64,000 nucleotides of DNA from Thermoplasmatota archaeon (GTDB lineage Archaea; Thermoplasmatota; Thermoplasmata; UBA10834): NCBI GenBank assembly GCA_040751795.1, contig JBFMHR010000002.1:96001-160000 (forward strand), in the 5' to 3' direction. The notes beneath the pieces are model-generated. The model was not told the DNA's origin and made no database searches. It worked only from the letters and a program-made list of their open reading frames with translations. A program made the position numbers and the translations under genes. Shown one piece after another: positions 1 through 9,828 of the stretch (positions within the stretch are counted from its first letter, which is position 1; each line of letters starts with the position of its first letter).

Positions 1-959
1 GGCGAGATTATGTTCGACACATCGTGCGCGAGGAAGTCCAGGTGGGCCTGCGCCCTCAGTTTGGCCTCCTCCGCCTCCTTCGTCTTCATCTCGAGCATGC
101 CCCGGTCCCTCTCGCGCGCCCTGCGGGACAGCTCAATCCTCTCGAACGGCACGGCCACGGATTCCCTGAGGAGCGACAGGAAGAAGATGAGGAAGCTGGT
201 GAACTCCAGGACGTGCCCCAGGATGTGGGCCATGTCGCTCGCGTAGCCCTGTGACGAGAACGAGAGCTCCGCGAAGGCTCCCACGGTGAGGGCCGCGGCG
301 GAGTAGAAGTGGGCGACCTCCTTCTGGACGCCCCCGATCTGGGCGTACCTCAGAGCGCCGAGCGCGAACACGGCGGTGCAGGCCAGGCTCAGGGTGAGCC
401 CGTATGCGGTGAGCCCGCCTTCCTCTGCGTATATATCCGGCAGGGCCCCCCTCACCATCACGAGGTAGAACCCGAGGAGCAGCAGCACTGCGACGCCGAG
501 GATGATCAATATGGGGTCGGACCTGTCGGCCTGGCGCTTGAAGTGGAGGAATGCCAGCGCGGTCAGCGCGATGGCGAGGGTGAACCGGGACAGCAGGCGG
601 AAGTGGGCGGAGGTGTCCGGGGACGCCTCGAGCGAATCCTCCAGCAGTCCGGGGTACGACAGCACATGCAGCAGGAAGAACATCCCGACCAGCAGGAAGG
701 CCGCCCCCGCGAGCAGGTTCGGCAGGCTCTTCGCGAGGCGTCCGGATGTCCACCGGATGCCGAATATGCTCAGGGCTATCGATGTCGAGAGGATCAGGAG
801 GGTGGTGTGGGCGGGCGCGAACGACGACTCCCATGCGACGACGCGGTCCCCGTCCGAGTCCGCCACGAGGATGGCCGCCGAGGCGAGCGCACAGGCGATC
901 GCCAGGATGATCAGTCCCGAATAGGGCCTTGCGTGCGAGCGCAGAAACTCCAATCCCAT
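1..959 (-). CDS. Membrane sensor histidine kinase with a MASE3-like multi-TM N-terminus; 3' end truncated by the window edge
   Basis: Absent from the ORF track because there is no stop in the window. Manual translation from ATG 959 (SD GGGGAG): MGLEFLRSHARPYSGLIILAIACALASAAIL..., about 7 hydrophobic segments, a coiled coil, then H-box-like LDFLAHDVSNIIS at the edge. Confidence 0.75.
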   Translation of the reverse strand, partial: MGLEFLRSHARPYSGLIILAIACALASAAILVADSDGDRVVAWESSFAPAHTTLLILSTSIALSIFGIRWTSGRLAKSLPNLLAGAAFLLVGMFFLLHVLSYPGLLEDSLEASPDTSAHFRLLSRFTLAIALTALAFLHFKRQADRSDPILIILGVAVLLLLGFYLVMVRGALPDIYAEEGGLTAYGLTLSLACTAVFALGALRYAQIGGVQKEVAHFYSAAALTVGAFAELSFSSQGYASDMAHILGHVLEFTSFLIFFLSLLRESVAVPFERIELSRRARERDRGMLEMKTKEAEEAKLRAQAHLDFLAHDVSNIIS

Positions 960-1041
960 CTCCCCGGTCGGGGGGGTAATCCTGTTCTGGGGTCTTAGTG
1001 TTTTTGCGTGGGTCGCGCCCGATGCCCCTCGGGCGGGCGCC

Positions 1042-2112
1042 TCAGAGCCTCTTGGCGTATTGGCTCAGGACCCACAGCGCGATCAGGGTGATCCACTGGC
1101 CCGTCTCCGTGTGCGGCCTGTCCGAGTCGCTCCAGAGGCCGTCCCGGTACCTGGCCGACATCAGCCATCTTATCGGCTTCTCCATCCGTGGGTCGTCCGG
1201 ACCACGGCCCGCCTTGGTCAGGACGTCGAGCGCGGCAAGGCCGCTGCACTTGTTGTGCGGGTACTTGGCCGCGGTCCAGTTCCTCTCGCTCTCGTAGAAG
1301 TTGGGGTGCGGGTTCCTCTGGAAGAACCTCCCGAGCAGGAAGTCGGTGCCCCTCTCCACGCACTTGGACCTCCTCGTCCAGACCATCTCGTTCAGCCCCC
1401 ACAGGACCATCACGGTGGTCCAGTGGCAGCTGGGGACGTCCTGCAGCTCCGCGGGGCCGTGCCTCCCCTTCTCGTCCGTCTTCATGAGCGCGACGAACTC
1501 GTCCATGCCCAGGCCCTTGTACTCCGGGAGGTACCTCACGTCCTGCAGGTAGGGCATGTTCCAGCCGCCGTCCCTCCTCTGGCTCGAGATGAGCCATTCC
1601 GCCACCCTGTTCAGCCTCCTGTGCTCCTCCGCCGAGAGGCCGACCAGGACGTAGAGGGCGAACCCGTTGTGGTGCGGCTGCGGGAGGCCGTGCGAGACCG
1701 GCCCCCTTATGTAGCCCTCGGGCGCCTGCCGGCCGAGCAGCCATTCCAGGGACGCATCGACCCTGGGGTCGCCCGGGGGGGTGACGAAGTGGAGGAGCTT
1801 CAGGAGGTTCCCCAGCACGGCCATGTGGGTCATGTAGGCTTCGTCCCGGATGCGGCTATGGACCCCCCGGCCAGTGCCCCTCGGCGTCGCCCATGTCCCG
1901 TCGGGCCCTATCCCCTGGAGGAGCCTCAGCCTGGGCGGGTACCGTTCGCAGTCCTCGAGGGCGCGCTGTACGGAGAGGTCCTCCCTGTCCTTTCCGAGTA
2001 TGTCCTTGAGGACCCAGTACCTCATCGATGGCGACGAGCTCTGGAGCAGCCTGTTGGCTGACTCGTCCACCATCCGGTTGATCTCGTCGACCAGCATGCT
2101 ACCACGGGGCAT
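1042..2112 (-). CDS. Prenyltransferase/squalene-oxidase-repeat (alpha/alpha toroid) protein, function unknown
   Basis: QW-like repeats WLLGRQAPEGY, WLISSQRRDGGWN, WLMSARYRDGLW; C-terminal GQWITLIALWVL. Alternative start ATG 2097. Confidence 0.7.
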   Translation of the reverse strand: MPRGSMLVDEINRMVDESANRLLQSSSPSMRYWVLKDILGKDREDLSVQRALEDCERYPPRLRLLQGIGPDGTWATPRGTGRGVHSRIRDEAYMTHMAVLGNLLKLLHFVTPPGDPRVDASLEWLLGRQAPEGYIRGPVSHGLPQPHHNGFALYVLVGLSAEEHRRLNRVAEWLISSQRRDGGWNMPYLQDVRYLPEYKGLGMDEFVALMKTDEKGRHGPAELQDVPSCHWTTVMVLWGLNEMVWTRRSKCVERGTDFLLGRFFQRNPHPNFYESERNWTAAKYPHNKCSGLAALDVLTKAGRGPDDPRMEKPIRWLMSARYRDGLWSDSDRPHTETGQWITLIALWVLSQYAKRL

Positions 2113-2142
2113 CAGCTTCGGAGGATAATTCCCCTGCGGTTC

Positions 2143-5082
2143 TCACTCGTCACTCGGGCACCGCTTCGTCTCCCTTCTCTCCCTCTGCAGCGCCCCGGGC
2201 GCCCACCATCCCCACTTGCCCAGCCTGGTCATCATCGCGGGGACGATGTATGTCCTCACGACCATCGCGTCGAGGAGTATCGCGAACGCGAGGGCGAACC
2301 CGATCTCCTTGAGCATCATCGTGCTCGAGACCATCATCATGCTGAAGGCCGAGCCCATGATGACCGCCAGGGCGGTGATTATCCCGCCCGTCCAGTCAAG
2401 CGACTCGACGACGGCGTCCCTGTCGCTCTTGCCCTTGTGGATCTCCTCCCTTATCCTGGTGAGGATGAAGACGTTGTAGTCCATCCCTATCCCCATCAGC
2501 ATGATGAATAGGATGAGGGGTATGATCCACAGTATGGGCTCCCCGAGGCCGTAGCCGAACAGGACGACAGTGACCGCGAAGGTCCAGGTTATGCTCAGCA
2601 TTATGGACACTATCGCGAAGAGGGACAGCAGGACCGCACCGAGGACCACCAGCAGCACTATGAATATGCCAATCACGACTATGATCTCCATCGTGGTGAA
2701 CTGCCTGTCCAGGTCGATCTTGAGGTCGTATATGACGGCGGTGGAGCCGCCGACCAGCACCTCCACCGACGACATGGACGCGTCAGACGCCCTGAGGTCC
2801 GCGAGGTCCCGCCTCAGGACGTCGACCGTGTCGAGCGACTCGGGGGTCATCGGACCCGCTTCCAGGATGACGCTGAACAGGACGGTGCGTCCGTCGGCCC
2901 CCACCATCGAGAGCATCGACGCGAGCGTCTCGGGGGACAGGGAGCTTGAGTTCGCGTAGTCCACGCGGTCGCCCTTGGGGTTCGTCACCCCGGTGACCTG
3001 CTTGACGTTCTCCACCTCGGCCATCGCGGCGGCCATGCCGTCGATGTCGTCCAGCATGGCGAGATCGAACTCCCCGTCGGAGTACACGGGACCGTCGAAC
3101 ACCGCGACCACCTGCGTGGGCATTATGCGGCCGGCGCCGAACGCGTCCGTCATGGCGACGATGCCCTCGCTGCTCTCGACCCCCGAGGCCATCCCGCCGA
3201 TGAAGTCGAAGCTCGTCTCGGCCTCCAGGAAGATGTACGTGGTCGGCACGGAGACCAGCAGGGCCGCGACGAGCACGGCCTTGGAGTGGTTGATGGAGAA
3301 GTTGGCGGCCTTGTAGAAGTAGCCCCTGTGCCCCTCGGCCCTCCTCGCCATGGTCCTCTCGGCGAACCTGTACCACCTCGCCCCCCTCGTGGGCCAGAAG
3401 ATCCTGTTGCCGAGGAGCATTATGAGGGAAGGTATGAGGGTCAGGGCCACCAGGAGGGACACGGCGATCGCCAGGCCGAGCACCAGCCCCATTGTCCTTA
3501 TCATGGAGAAGTCGGCGATCCCCAGGGCGAAGAACGAGATCATGACCGTCGCGCCGCTGGTGGTGATGCTCTCGCCTGCCCAGGTGACCGATGTCCTGAC
3601 GGACTCCTCCCTGTTGTGCCCCTTGATGCGCTCCTCCCTGTACCTCGCGACTATGAATATCGCGTAGTCCGTCCCGACGCCCATCAGTATGCTGAACAGG
3701 AGCGTCACGACCGAGTAGTGGACGTCCGCGACGAGGGTGCCTATCGCGAACACCACCGCCTGGCTCACCCCCAGCGCCACGAGCACGCCCCCGAGGGGCA
3801 GGAACTGCGCCACGACCGACCTGAAGAACACGCCCATGAGCACAATGATGATGACTATGGTGACGGGCTCGATGAGGCTGAGCTCCTCCATCATGGACTC
3901 CTCCATGTCCGCGGTCAGGGCCGCGTCCCCGGTGACATAGGTCCTGTAGTCCGCGGTGAGGTGCAGTGCCCTCTCCTCGGCGACGATGTCCCTGAGCGTC
4001 TGGACGTTCTCCACGATGGGCTTCACCCCGCCCTCGGTGTAGCCGGAGTCCTTCCAGAAGTTGAGGACGATGAGGGTCGCCGTCTGGTCGGGGCTCACGA
4101 AGCTCGACAGGTACTCGGGCGGCAGCTGGACCGGCAGCTCGGAGAGGCCGTTGGAGCTGACGACGCCCCTCGCGAAGACCGCGAGCTCCTCCTGGGCGTA
4201 CACAGGCCCGAGGGCGTAGATCTCCTCGATGAACGCGGTGTCGGCGACCCCTGCGTACGTCGCTATGCTGGACACGGAGAACGCGTGTATGAGCGTGAGG
4301 TTGGCGAAGCTGGTGAGGTCGAACGACCCGAGGACCCCGTACAGCATCGCCTTCTGCTCCTCCGGGAGGCCTGCGATGAACTGGGGCGCTGCCTCGTCTA
4401 TCGCGACCTCGGCCCTCAGGGGCGGGTTCGAGACGAGCGTGGCGTTGTCATAGGTCGAGTTCCATGAGTACGTGAACGCGGAGAAGTACCCGTACGCCAT
4501 CTGGGCGGTCGCGTCGTCGACGGGTCCGAGCAGGCTCGGCAGGGCCGCGGCGGTGGCTGCGTACGCCTGGGCGTCCCTCTCCTGAACCGTCAGCAGCGGG
4601 TCGGTGGACATCCAGGTGCTGAGGTGCATCGCCGGTATCCCGTAGAGGAGGGAGGCGGTCAGGTTGACCTGGTACTCGGTCTCGTACACCGCGGGGCCGA
4701 GCTCCGAGGCCATCGCGTAGACCATGCCCTCGTACACCGAGTACACGGAGCTGAAGTCCTCGAGGTAGGCGATCTCCCCTCCGCCGTTCACGCGGTCCCC
4801 CAGCTCGATGCAGAAGTCCCGGACCTCCGGGGAGCCGACGTCGGGCCCGGTCAGGACTATCATGAGCGTGCTGTTGGCCAGGGCGACCGGGAACTGCTCG
4901 TCGATGATCGCCTGGGCGTTGAGTGACTCGATGTCCCCCTCCACCATCTCCGATTCCTGGTAGACGAGGACGTCGCTGACGCCCGTGATCGCGGGGGCGA
5001 TGTAGAGCAGCGCGGCTATCCAGATGATTATGATGGCCTTGTGGTGGCGGACGACGTTGTCGGCGAGCCTCTCGAATATCAT
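2143..5082 (-). CDS. MMPL family (RND superfamily) transporter
   Basis: 979 aa with two MMPL repeats (GVGTDYAIF...RYREE and GIGMDYNVF...RIREE) and large extracytoplasmic loops. Confidence 0.92.
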   Translation of the reverse strand: MIFERLADNVVRHHKAIIIIWIAALLYIAPAITGVSDVLVYQESEMVEGDIESLNAQAIIDEQFPVALANSTLMIVLTGPDVGSPEVRDFCIELGDRVNGGGEIAYLEDFSSVYSVYEGMVYAMASELGPAVYETEYQVNLTASLLYGIPAMHLSTWMSTDPLLTVQERDAQAYAATAAALPSLLGPVDDATAQMAYGYFSAFTYSWNSTYDNATLVSNPPLRAEVAIDEAAPQFIAGLPEEQKAMLYGVLGSFDLTSFANLTLIHAFSVSSIATYAGVADTAFIEEIYALGPVYAQEELAVFARGVVSSNGLSELPVQLPPEYLSSFVSPDQTATLIVLNFWKDSGYTEGGVKPIVENVQTLRDIVAEERALHLTADYRTYVTGDAALTADMEESMMEELSLIEPVTIVIIIVLMGVFFRSVVAQFLPLGGVLVALGVSQAVVFAIGTLVADVHYSVVTLLFSILMGVGTDYAIFIVARYREERIKGHNREESVRTSVTWAGESITTSGATVMISFFALGIADFSMIRTMGLVLGLAIAVSLLVALTLIPSLIMLLGNRIFWPTRGARWYRFAERTMARRAEGHRGYFYKAANFSINHSKAVLVAALLVSVPTTYIFLEAETSFDFIGGMASGVESSEGIVAMTDAFGAGRIMPTQVVAVFDGPVYSDGEFDLAMLDDIDGMAAAMAEVENVKQVTGVTNPKGDRVDYANSSSLSPETLASMLSMVGADGRTVLFSVILEAGPMTPESLDTVDVLRRDLADLRASDASMSSVEVLVGGSTAVIYDLKIDLDRQFTTMEIIVVIGIFIVLLVVLGAVLLSLFAIVSIMLSITWTFAVTVVLFGYGLGEPILWIIPLILFIMLMGIGMDYNVFILTRIREEIHKGKSDRDAVVESLDWTGGIITALAVIMGSAFSMMMVSSTMMLKEIGFALAFAILLDAMVVRTYIVPAMMTRLGKWGWWAPGALQRERRETKRCPSDE

Positions 5083-5103
5083 GTCCTCAGTCTCCGTGTT
5101 TGT

Positions 5104-5148
5104 TGTTATGTCACTACTAACAGGGCGGCCGTTAGACCGCTACTAACA
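5104..5148. promoter_or_regulatory. Two tandem palindromic operator-like sites (YGTTA-N9-TAACA) between the MMPL TATA element and its start codon
   Basis: 5104-5122 TGTTATGTCACTACTAACA and 5130-5148 CGTTAGACCGCTACTAACA are 14/19 identical; a TATA-like element follows at ~5148-5153. Confidence 0.6.
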
Positions 5149-5201
5149 TATATCCATTTCGGACTTGTGTTTGACGAGCGTACCGCAGGGGAGTTGCAGC
5201 G

Positions 5202-6017
5202 GTGACCCATCAGAAGGTCATAGACCGGCTCGTCGCATTGGGCTTGACATCCTACGAGGCTAAAGTATTTTCCGCCCTCACGAGGCTCGGCGAGGCGGGC
5301 GTGGGGGAGATTCACGCAGTCGCGGAGGTCCCGCGGTCGGCCGTCTACGGCACCCTGGAGAAGCTGGAGCGCAGGGGCATAATAGAGACATCGACGGGGC
5401 GCCCCAAGAAGTTCAGGCCCCTCCCCCCGAAGGCAGCCGTGGCCAAGATAGAGTCAGAGGTCCTCGGCGCCGTCCGGGACGCCAGGGCGGGGCTCGAGGA
5501 GCTGGCCGCCGCGCCCCACAGGGACGCCTCGGACGTGCGCATCTGGATAGTCAGGGGCCGGTCGAGGATCCTCCAGAGGCTCAGGGAGATGGTCGGCTCC
5601 ACCCGCGAGGAGCTCATGGTCGCGGGGACGCCTGAGCATGTCCTCGAGTTCGCGGGGGTCTGGAGGGGGGCGAAGGCGAGGAGGGTCAAGGTCGCGTTCG
5701 CGTGCCTCGAGCCGGAGAAGCTGTCGCAGCTGGCCGGGGTCGGGGAGATAATACGGCCGAAGTACCACGTCCGGATCGAGGACGAGAACCCCCCGAAGGT
5801 GCTGTTCGTCCGGTCGGACAGGAGGACCATGCTCTTCGCGAGCGAGTACAGGGACGAGGCCAACGTGGAGGACCTGACGGCCTTCTGGACGGACGACTGG
5901 TCCCTCGTCAGGTTTCTCAACTACCTCACAGACGCCCTTTCCCCTCCGCAGAGGAAGCCACGGGCGGGCGGCAAGGTCCGGAAGCGCGCAGCCCCGGCCC
6001 GCGTCAGAGGGTCCTGA
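5202..6017 (+). CDS. TrmB family transcriptional regulator
   Basis: LGLTSYEAKVFSAL...VPRSAVYGTLEKLERRGII...GRPKKFRP TrmB HTH plus C-terminal effector-binding domain; GTG start. Confidence 0.9.
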   Translation: MTHQKVIDRLVALGLTSYEAKVFSALTRLGEAGVGEIHAVAEVPRSAVYGTLEKLERRGIIETSTGRPKKFRPLPPKAAVAKIESEVLGAVRDARAGLEELAAAPHRDASDVRIWIVRGRSRILQRLREMVGSTREELMVAGTPEHVLEFAGVWRGAKARRVKVAFACLEPEKLSQLAGVGEIIRPKYHVRIEDENPPKVLFVRSDRRTMLFASEYRDEANVEDLTAFWTDDWSLVRFLNYLTDALSPPQRKPRAGGKVRKRAAPARVRGS

Positions 6018-7170
6018 CCTCCTCGTGGATGACGACGCCCTTCTCCCTCAGGCGCCGCATGAACTCCTCGGGGTCGAGCTGCTCGGGGATGACGATGCCC
6101 TTGTGCCCGACGAGGCCGTCCATGAGCATCTCCGTCGCGACGGCGCCGCCGGTGCCGACGAAGTACGCCCCGGCGTTGGTGCGGTGCAGCCTGTAGGCCT
6201 CCTCGTGGCTCATGACCGTCCAGACCCTCACGGCGGTCCTCGCCCCGTCCTTCTCGCCGCGCACGTCGACGACGAAGCCGGTGTCACCCCTGACCCTGTC
6301 TGCGAACTGGGACGGGGGCGGGAGCATCGCTGCCACCACGTCCAGCGGCCTGACCTGGACGCCCTTGACGTCCACGGGCTCCTTGCCCAGGAGCCCCCAC
6401 TTCCTGAAGGTCTCCGCGGCCTTCGCGAAGCGGTCGTCTATCCCGATGTTGAAGGAGGCGTTCCTCAGGGTGGGTATGCCCAGGGGCATGAAGTAGGTCT
6501 CGTCGTGGTTGGTGCTGTAGACCGGCAGCGAGCCCAGGGGCGGCGGGAAATCGTACACCCGCCGGGCGCTGAGGGGCGGGATGAACTCGATCCTCCCGTC
6601 GCGGAGGACCGCGGCGGGCACGCTGGTCTCGTCCAGGAGGTCCACGGGGGACCACAGCGAGAACGTCTCTATGCCGTCGACCGTGGCGGTGTCCCCGTCG
6701 AATATGTCGGCCTCGTCCGCCCTGTCCAGCAGGGAGGCGGCGTGCATCGCGAACGCGTCGGACATCCCGGGCTCCTCGCCCATGCCCACGAGTGCGGAGA
6801 TGCCCGCGTCCCTGCACATCGCGGAGTACCGGTCGAAGTCGGGGCCCGTGCTGTCGAAGGGCATCCCGAAGTCGACGTAGTCCGTGCCGGCCTCCGCGGC
6901 CAGCTCCATGACCATCCGGTTCATCCGCCAGGGCATCGTCGCGATGACGATGTCCCTCCCTTCCAGGAGGGCCCTCACCGCGGCCCTGTCCCTGCCGTCG
7001 ACGCGTACGACGGACACCCTGCCGGTCCCGGCCCTCGCCTTCATAGCCTCCGCCGCCTCCGTCCTCGCGTCGGCGAGAAGGAGGCTGTCGACCTTCCCGT
7101 TCCTGGCCAGGTGCTCCGCGCAGACTATGCCGCAGACCCCGCACCCGATCTGGACGACGTCCAACTTCAA
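6004..7170 (-). CDS. Saccharopine dehydrogenase / carboxynorspermidine dehydrogenase family oxidoreductase
   Basis: Rossmann IGCGVCG; motifs YVDF, GMGEEPGMSD, WSPVDLLDE, HDE, PEQLDPEEF; TTG start. Confidence 0.85.
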   Translation of the reverse strand: MKLDVVQIGCGVCGIVCAEHLARNGKVDSLLLADARTEAAEAMKARAGTGRVSVVRVDGRDRAAVRALLEGRDIVIATMPWRMNRMVMELAAEAGTDYVDFGMPFDSTGPDFDRYSAMCRDAGISALVGMGEEPGMSDAFAMHAASLLDRADEADIFDGDTATVDGIETFSLWSPVDLLDETSVPAAVLRDGRIEFIPPLSARRVYDFPPPLGSLPVYSTNHDETYFMPLGIPTLRNASFNIGIDDRFAKAAETFRKWGLLGKEPVDVKGVQVRPLDVVAAMLPPPSQFADRVRGDTGFVVDVRGEKDGARTAVRVWTVMSHEEAYRLHRTNAGAYFVGTGGAVATEMLMDGLVGHKGIVIPEQLDPEEFMRRLREKGVVIHEEVRTL

Positions 7171-7281
7171 CCCCTCCGAGGCCGGGAAGGGGCACGGTCT
7201 TACTTGTTACTTTTCGGCCCCCCGCGATGGCCCCGCAGGCTTCATAGGCGGCGACGTTCATCGCCCCGCGGTGAGGCACGG

Positions 7282-8058
7282 ATGACCGCTCAGGCACTCA
7301 TCGGACGGGAGGAGGTCCTCAGGGCGCTCCAGGAGTCGCTCGAGCCGCTGCCGTACGCGCACGCCCTCTGGGAGGGGGGCGCGATCGGCTACGGGAGGCT
7401 GGACGAGTGGTCGGACCTGGACCTGTACCTCCTGGTCGACGACGACAGGGTCGGCGAGGCCTTCGCAGCCGTAGAGAGGGCCCTCGGGGCCGCATCGCCG
7501 ATCGCCATCAAGTACGACATCGGCCAGACGCCCCACGAGGGCGTCCACCAGGCCTTCTACCGCCTCCGGGACACCAGCGAGTTCCTGCTGCTGGACTTCG
7601 CTGTCGTGACGATGGGCGCCCCGGACAAGTTCCTCGAGCCGACGATGCACGGGGAGCCCCGCTTCCTCTTCCGCAAGCTGGCGGAGATCGAGGTCCCGCC
7701 GCTCGACACGGCCGCCCTCGGGGAGAGGGTCCGGAAGCGCGTGGCCAGGCTGAGGCTCCGAATGGACGTGTTCCACGTGTTCGTCCAGAAGGAGGTCAAC
7801 CGGCGCCACATGATCGAGGCGGTGGACGCCTACAGGATCGTGGTCCTCGGCTCCCTCGTCGAGCTGCTCAGGATCAAGCACAACCCCGTGCACCACGAGT
7901 TCCAGACCAGGTACCTGTACAGCGAGCTGCCGCCCGATGTGGTCGGCAGGCTCGAGGGGCTCTTCCTCGTGGCGGACATGGACGACCTCGTGCGCAAGTA
8001 CGCGTCGGCGCGGTCATGGTTCGACGAGCTGCACGCCGAGCTCAGCGCGCCAGGATGA
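7282..8058 (+). CDS. Pol-beta-superfamily nucleotidyltransferase domain protein (aminoglycoside adenylyltransferase-like architecture)
   Basis: ALWEGGAIGYGRLDEWSDLDLYLLVDD motif plus C-terminal helical bundle. Start taken at ATG 7282 after GGTGAGG, inside track ORF 6025..8058. Confidence 0.75.
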   Translation: MTAQALIGREEVLRALQESLEPLPYAHALWEGGAIGYGRLDEWSDLDLYLLVDDDRVGEAFAAVERALGAASPIAIKYDIGQTPHEGVHQAFYRLRDTSEFLLLDFAVVTMGAPDKFLEPTMHGEPRFLFRKLAEIEVPPLDTAALGERVRKRVARLRLRMDVFHVFVQKEVNRRHMIEAVDAYRIVVLGSLVELLRIKHNPVHHEFQTRYLYSELPPDVVGRLEGLFLVADMDDLVRKYASARSWFDELHAELSAPG

Positions 8059-8064
8059 GCCGCC

Positions 8065-8415
8065 CTACACCAGCGTGTCCCTGCTGAGGACCACCCTGCC
8101 GTCGACGACCGGGGTGCCCTCCTCGATGACGCGCCTCATCCTCCCGTTCGCCTGGTCCCTCGGCCCGCCGAACCTCCCGTCCGAGCAGACGACCCTGTGG
8201 CAGGGCACGACTGGCCACAGCGGGTTGTTGTGGAGGGCGTTGGCAACGGCCCTGCTGGCCTTGGGGTTCCCTATCGCCTTGGCGACCCTCCCGTATGTGC
8301 TGACCTTCCCCCTGGGTATCCTGAACGTGGCGAGGTAGACGGCCTTGTCGAAGTCGGACCAGCCGTCCAGGTACTCCCGTATGTCCTTCTCTGTCTTCAC
8401 GTCCTCCTTCCTCAT
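8065..8415 (-). CDS. ogt: Methylated-DNA--protein-cysteine methyltransferase (MGMT/Ogt C-terminal domain)
   Basis: IPRGKVSTYGRVAKAIGNPKASRAVANAL...VVPCHRVV with the catalytic PCHRV; start ATG 8415. Confidence 0.85.
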   Translation of the reverse strand: MRKEDVKTEKDIREYLDGWSDFDKAVYLATFRIPRGKVSTYGRVAKAIGNPKASRAVANALHNNPLWPVVPCHRVVCSDGRFGGPRDQANGRMRRVIEEGTPVVDGRVVLSRDTLV

Positions 8416-8532
8416 GCTCTCCCTCAGGCGCCCCGGGCGGTCTTCGCCCGGCCGAGGCCGGATGGGGGAGAGCGGTAATGTCGTTATCGGGGAGGGGGAG
8501 GCGAAAGTGCCGCGGTCAATCCCGAAAGGGAT

Positions 8533-9585
8533 ATGAGGGCCGTCCCCGATGGCCGCCCCACCATGGAACTCTCCGACTGGCTCGAGTGCCCCCACCTCGC
8601 GGCGGTACGCGCGAGGGTCCCCGGCCTCTCCTTCCGCCGCCTCAGGGGACCGTCCGAGGCCGCGGCCATGTCGAGGACGAGCCGCCTGAGCTGGGAGGCC
8701 GACGGGGTGGAGTGGATGGTCCGGCCCGAGGAGGTCCAGGAATGGCTGGAGGACAGGTCCGACCACGACCACATGTCGGACGTCCTGGTCATCGAGGGGG
8801 ACGGGGAGTTCGTCGGCTACTCCGAGCTGGTGTGGGACTCGGTGGACGCGGACCCGAAGTACCTCCGCCACAGCGTCTTCCTGCTGCCGGGGTGGCGCGG
8901 GAGGGGCATCAGGGAGGCGGTGTTCGACAGCAACGAGTCGAGGCTGCGCGAGATCGCCTCCGCGCTCCCGACCTCGGGTCGGTGCTACTTCAGGCTCTGG
9001 GCGAACGACGTCCCGAACGAGTGGAAGGCCAAGGTGGAGTCGTCCGGCTACACGCCCAGCTGGCACCTCCTCGAGATGGAGCGGAAGGGCCTGCAGTCGA
9101 TCGACGACGTGCCGGCGCCGGAGGGGCTGGACTACGGGCCGGTCCGCCCCGAGGAGTACCCCGCCATATGGGCCCTGTTCAGGGACTGCTTCTCGCAGGA
9201 GCAGTGGTCCTCGACCGAGAGGTGGTCGGAGGACGTCTACAGGGAGTGGCTCAGCTCCCCGAAGTTCACGCCCGAGCACTGGAGGGTCGCCCGCGCGGGC
9301 GGCGGGGTAGTGGGCGTGGTCGAGAACTCCGTCGACATGGGCGAGTGGTCCGCGCTCGGCAGGAAGGTCGCCCACAGCGAGCGGGTGTGCGTGAGGGAAG
9401 GTTGGCGCAGAAAGGGGATAACCACCTATCTCATGACCTCGTCATTGAAGCACTTGAGGGACATCGGCGTCGAGGAGGTCTCCCTCGACACCGAGGTCGA
9501 GAACAAGAGCAGGGCGATGAGGGTCTATCAGAAGGTCGGCTTCGCGACGAGGAGGACCTTCACGTTCTATGCGAAGCCGGTCTGA
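8533..9585 (+). CDS. Tandem GNAT family N-acetyltransferase
   Basis: Two acetyl-CoA motifs (LPGWRGRGIR, VREGWRRKGIT) and C-terminal AMRVYQKVGF; start may be ATG 8563. Confidence 0.85.
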   Translation: MRAVPDGRPTMELSDWLECPHLAAVRARVPGLSFRRLRGPSEAAAMSRTSRLSWEADGVEWMVRPEEVQEWLEDRSDHDHMSDVLVIEGDGEFVGYSELVWDSVDADPKYLRHSVFLLPGWRGRGIREAVFDSNESRLREIASALPTSGRCYFRLWANDVPNEWKAKVESSGYTPSWHLLEMERKGLQSIDDVPAPEGLDYGPVRPEEYPAIWALFRDCFSQEQWSSTERWSEDVYREWLSSPKFTPEHWRVARAGGGVVGVVENSVDMGEWSALGRKVAHSERVCVREGWRRKGITTYLMTSSLKHLRDIGVEEVSLDTEVENKSRAMRVYQKVGFATRRTFTFYAKPV

Positions 9586-9594
9586 CGGGGCCGC

Positions 9595-9828
9595 CTACCT
9601 GCGTGCCCTCTGCGCCTCGATCTCCTTCCTGCACTTGTCCGCGTACTTGCACCAGTCGAAGCAGCTGGGGGCCTTCGCCTTCGTGACCATCCCGCCGCAG
9701 TGGTAGCACCTGAGGTACGGCTCGTTGGTGAATATCTCGACCTCCCTCCCGCAGTGGGGGCACCTGAACACCTCGGGGACCGGCTCCGCGAACGGCCCCG
9801 CCCCGGGGCACCTGGTGAACATGTGCAC
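9595..9828 (-). CDS. Small Cys-rich zinc-ribbon / metal-binding protein
   Basis: Eight Cys in 77 aa: CPG, CPHCGREVEIF, CYHCG, SCFDWCKYADKC; GGAGG 5 nt before GTG 9828. Confidence 0.75.
   Translation of the reverse strand: MHMFTRCPGAGPFAEPVPEVFRCPHCGREVEIFTNEPYLRCYHCGGMVTKAKAPSCFDWCKYADKCRKEIEAQRARR

Noticed and set aside
1042-2112. Squalene-hopene cyclase
   Set aside because: Only 356 aa with a single toroid domain and no DxDD catalytic motif.
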